In this document: in pieces, positions 61,101 through 64,000 of the stretch
How the letters are laid out: each line of letters begins with the position of its first letter
Position numbering within the stretch: position 1 is the first letter of the stretch
NCBI GenBank assembly: GCA_043228905.1
Contig: JBHGNT010000008.1
Coordinates: 14,074,001 to 14,138,000, forward strand
Length of the DNA stretch: 64,000 nt
Reading direction: 5' to 3'
DNA from: Azolla caroliniana
Lineage: Eukaryota; Plantae; Polypodiophyta
Notes under the pieces: model-generated
The model's database searches: none
Told to the model about the DNA's origin: nothing
Seen by the model: only the letters and a program-made list of their open reading frames with translations
Position numbers and translations under genes: made by a program

Positions 61101-63312
61101 TTTTAAGCCGAACATCATGACGACTGCAACGAACACACCCCATTCGGTCACGAAAGCTGTCTTTTCTTGGTCATCAAGGTGCAACCGGATCTGATTGTAG
61201 CCACTAAACCCATTTAAAAAGCTATTGCATTCGTGGCCACGTTTAGTTTACGCCATCTGTGAATTGAAGTGGAAATGCATCTGTGATCGTGGCCACGTTT
61301 AGTTTACGATGGTTGACGCACACTCGGATTTGCCCATTCTTATTCGACACGCTACAGTAGGGCTTAACTAGGTCGCTCGTTTGACTGGTCGAATGAACCC
61401 CGCCCGTACAAATTTGTCAATCTCTTCTTTTACCTTTGCGGCGTAATTCAGATTCATTATGTATCGACGTCATTGGATTGGTCGTGCATCCTTTTGGAGG
61501 TGGATTTGCTATTGATAGTATTGGGGCTGCAACCCCTTCATGTAACTGTACGACCACACGAATACGTCTTGATAGTCGGTCAATAGCTATAGCGGAGTTG
61601 ATCTTTCATTGGGCACCAGATCTTTCGCAATTTCTACTGTCCTTGGCTCGGTAGAGGAACCGAGATTGACTTCTTCTAGTGTCACAACTTTGACACACTG
61701 AGAAATTGCTAATTCCCGATCGAGCGCGTCACGTGCGTGTCCTTGCAACTTCACAGCTTCGGGTCATGCGGAGCTTCTTGTTCGGTCATGTTGGTATCAG
61801 TGAGGTATGGTTCCACGACCGTGAGAACATCTATTTCAAAGAGAGATCGTTGAGCATATGAACTCCTTCAGCATACAACGGGTTGTTGTCGGGAGGCATC
61901 GTGATTCGTTCTTCAGTGACGATTCGTACTTTCGTTTTCCCCTGGCTAAAAGAGATCATGTTGTGCTGCCAATGCTGCTTGATATTAGTTGTTCGTAACC
62001 ATGAGTATCCAAGTAGCAGCGGGTACGCTCCAAGGGCATCTAGGCGTAATACTACCGTGGACATAGTAAAGGTATGCCCTCCTAGGATAAAATGGAGGTT
62101 GTGGATTAACTCTATCGGTCGAACTGATCGCGTATCCATCATTCAAAGCCAAAACAGACATGCCTCCCATTGAGTTATGCCCAACTCGTGACATGTGGCC
62201 TCACTGATCACATTAACGCCTGATCCACCGTCGATATGCAACCATGGACCTCGCGGCCTTTAACGACAATTTTGACTGTTGGATTCGGGGAATCCATGAG
62301 TGGAGGTCTGGGTTCCGGCGCCATGAGATGCACGAAGGAGGTAGTTGGTTCCAAGCCGGTAGTACAGGATTGGACTGTTTCTTTGAAGCGGGGTAGGAGC
62401 TGCAATAGTTTATGTAGAGGCATGGAGATTTGGTCGCTAGTGAGGGCTTGCCAGACCGGTTCGTTGTCGGTTTCTTCGGTAAGGAGCGATGGTGGCAATG
62501 GGCCGTGACCGATCGCTTTTATTTTGGTGTGCATCTGATCGATGTTTGCTTGATTTGCCGTTGCGATACACTGCTTAGCGGTTTGGCGAACCTTGTCCTG
62601 GATCTCCCATTGTGTCTGTTGAGCCTTACTTTGGGTGGTAACCTGCCGAACGTCAACCGCAATCATATTCACGGCTAGTTCTTTCCCGCGATTGTTTGTC
62701 ATACATTACGTACCATAATGGTCAGGTTGATTAGTTGAAACAGGTTATCGTGGCGGAGTTGTTGGGTTCTCCTTGCTCGAATTGAGGATGTGCTAGGTTG
62801 ATCTTCTCAAGATGATTGGGAATAGGACTGCGGAAGGTTTTCACGAGGCTCAGATTGAGGAGGCCGCCGATTATCGGTGTGTCGAGGGTCACGACGACGG
62901 TTGTCAACGGGTCGTCGATTATTCCCCAGAGGTCGGAAGCCGCGATTATGATGTGGGGGTCGTCAATCATGTCGTGGCTATCAGGGTTCGTGATAGTCTC
63001 CCCGATCATAGTCATCGCAGTAATAGGGGTCATCCGGATAATAACGCGTGTCTCGATAATAGTGTGGCCGATTGTGATAGTATGGTGGCTCCAGTCGATA
63101 AGGAGGATCCTGGTGATAACGATCCGGTTTAGGGTGGTAGCCTTCATTTCGGTGAAGCCAATCATTCTCCCAGGGTCGTTCAACGTTTCTATTCCATGGG
63201 CAATGGTATAGAACTGGTGGAGCAGTTCGCGATGTCGTGAAGATTTTGGGCCATGGTGAGAAACCGGGGAATATCGAAAGAATTGACGGGGTGGAGCATG
63301 TACACTCACCCT

Positions 63313-63770
63313 TGTACAAATAATGGAGGTGATAGGGGCGCCTTTATAGCACCAAGTAGGATTTAAGTCGGGACAGAGAATCCCATGTAAATCGGGATTT
63401 ATCCCATATTGTTACGCATCCCTCTCCTTGTTCTATAAAAGGGAGCGTCCCTTGTAAAGGGGTTCCCATTTTCTTTGTATTTGGGTTCCGTTCCTCTTTT
63501 CGAGGTTCCATTTTTGTTAATAAACTTCTATGTATAAGTTCAGGTTTTTCCTCTGTCTCTGTCTCTATTCTTGAACACTTTATCTATATTAGGGATTCGT
63601 CTGTGTCTGTGCGTTCAGTGGCGTGTTCGGTGTGCATGCGTAGTTGGGTTGTCTTCGCTTTCTGCGGGTTCTCAGCACGCCACATCCCAATGTGTCTGTG
63701 TGCGTGTGTGGGTGCCGGTTTCTATCGTGGTGGTGAGTCTGTGTGCTCAAACGTTTGGTGGCAGGTTTCA
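63313..63770 (+). repeat. Possible LTR of a further element truncating the old gypsy
   Basis: Abrupt switch at tgtacaaa, TATA-like ctataaaa near 63433, and tggtggcag near 63756; no partner LTR in the window. Confidence 0.3.
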
Positions 63771-64000
63771 CTCCTTGGCGTGTAAGACCCATTCAAGCCG
63801 GCGAGCCTGAGTGCTCCCGGTAGGCCACTTGGCGATAAGAGGCGGTTCTAACAGAGAGGTGCCCTGCATGAGGATCCCGTCGCGCGAACAGGCGCGGGTG
63901 CTTCCCGACCGATCCTGGAATGCAGGCCTCCTCGCGCTTGCCGAGTGACACCAACATCACCACTAGCATCGGTATATATCGATGTATGTGTGTGTGTTTC

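Larger units (their letters stand above)
49100..63310 (-). mobile_element. Old degenerate Ty3/gypsy (non-chromovirus) element with an extra ORF after pol, interrupted by gypsy 51903-58788; ends unresolved
   Basis: Gag/PR remnants 61831-63309, RT KTAFVTEWG..FLDD, RNase H FVDASD, INT KWGLDFVGP/SDQG/NGLAE. Pol ends PQSR-stop exactly across the nested insertion. Confidence 0.8.

Overview
This is a transposon-dense eukaryotic window, most likely from a non-seed land plant (moss, liverwort, lycophyte or fern; inferred from the element types). It holds one clear host gene, a two-exon COX7c-like mitochondrial protein at 33598-35992. The rest is nested repeats: two full-length Ty1/copia elements (one young and intact), two copia remnants, four Ty3/gypsy elements and several LINE fragments. 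The standout is a TIR DNA transposon at 13996-28913, about 9.2 kb once its nested copia is removed. It has 36-bp TIRs and a 4-bp ACTA target-site duplication, and it splits a copia gag in frame. It encodes an intact 926-aa Sola-like DDD transposase. Divergently from that, it carries a six-exon gene for a ParB-like domain fused to a prokaryote-type beta-class amino (N6A/N4C) DNA methyltransferase, whose first intron holds nine 25-bp perfect palindromes at about 51-bp spacing. This copy of the methyltransferase has one in-frame TGA. Other notable signals are a self-priming (Tf1-type) chromovirus with a heat-shock-element array and tRNA-like Pol III boxes inside two unrelated LTRs. All family assignments come from reading motifs by eye; no database searches were run.
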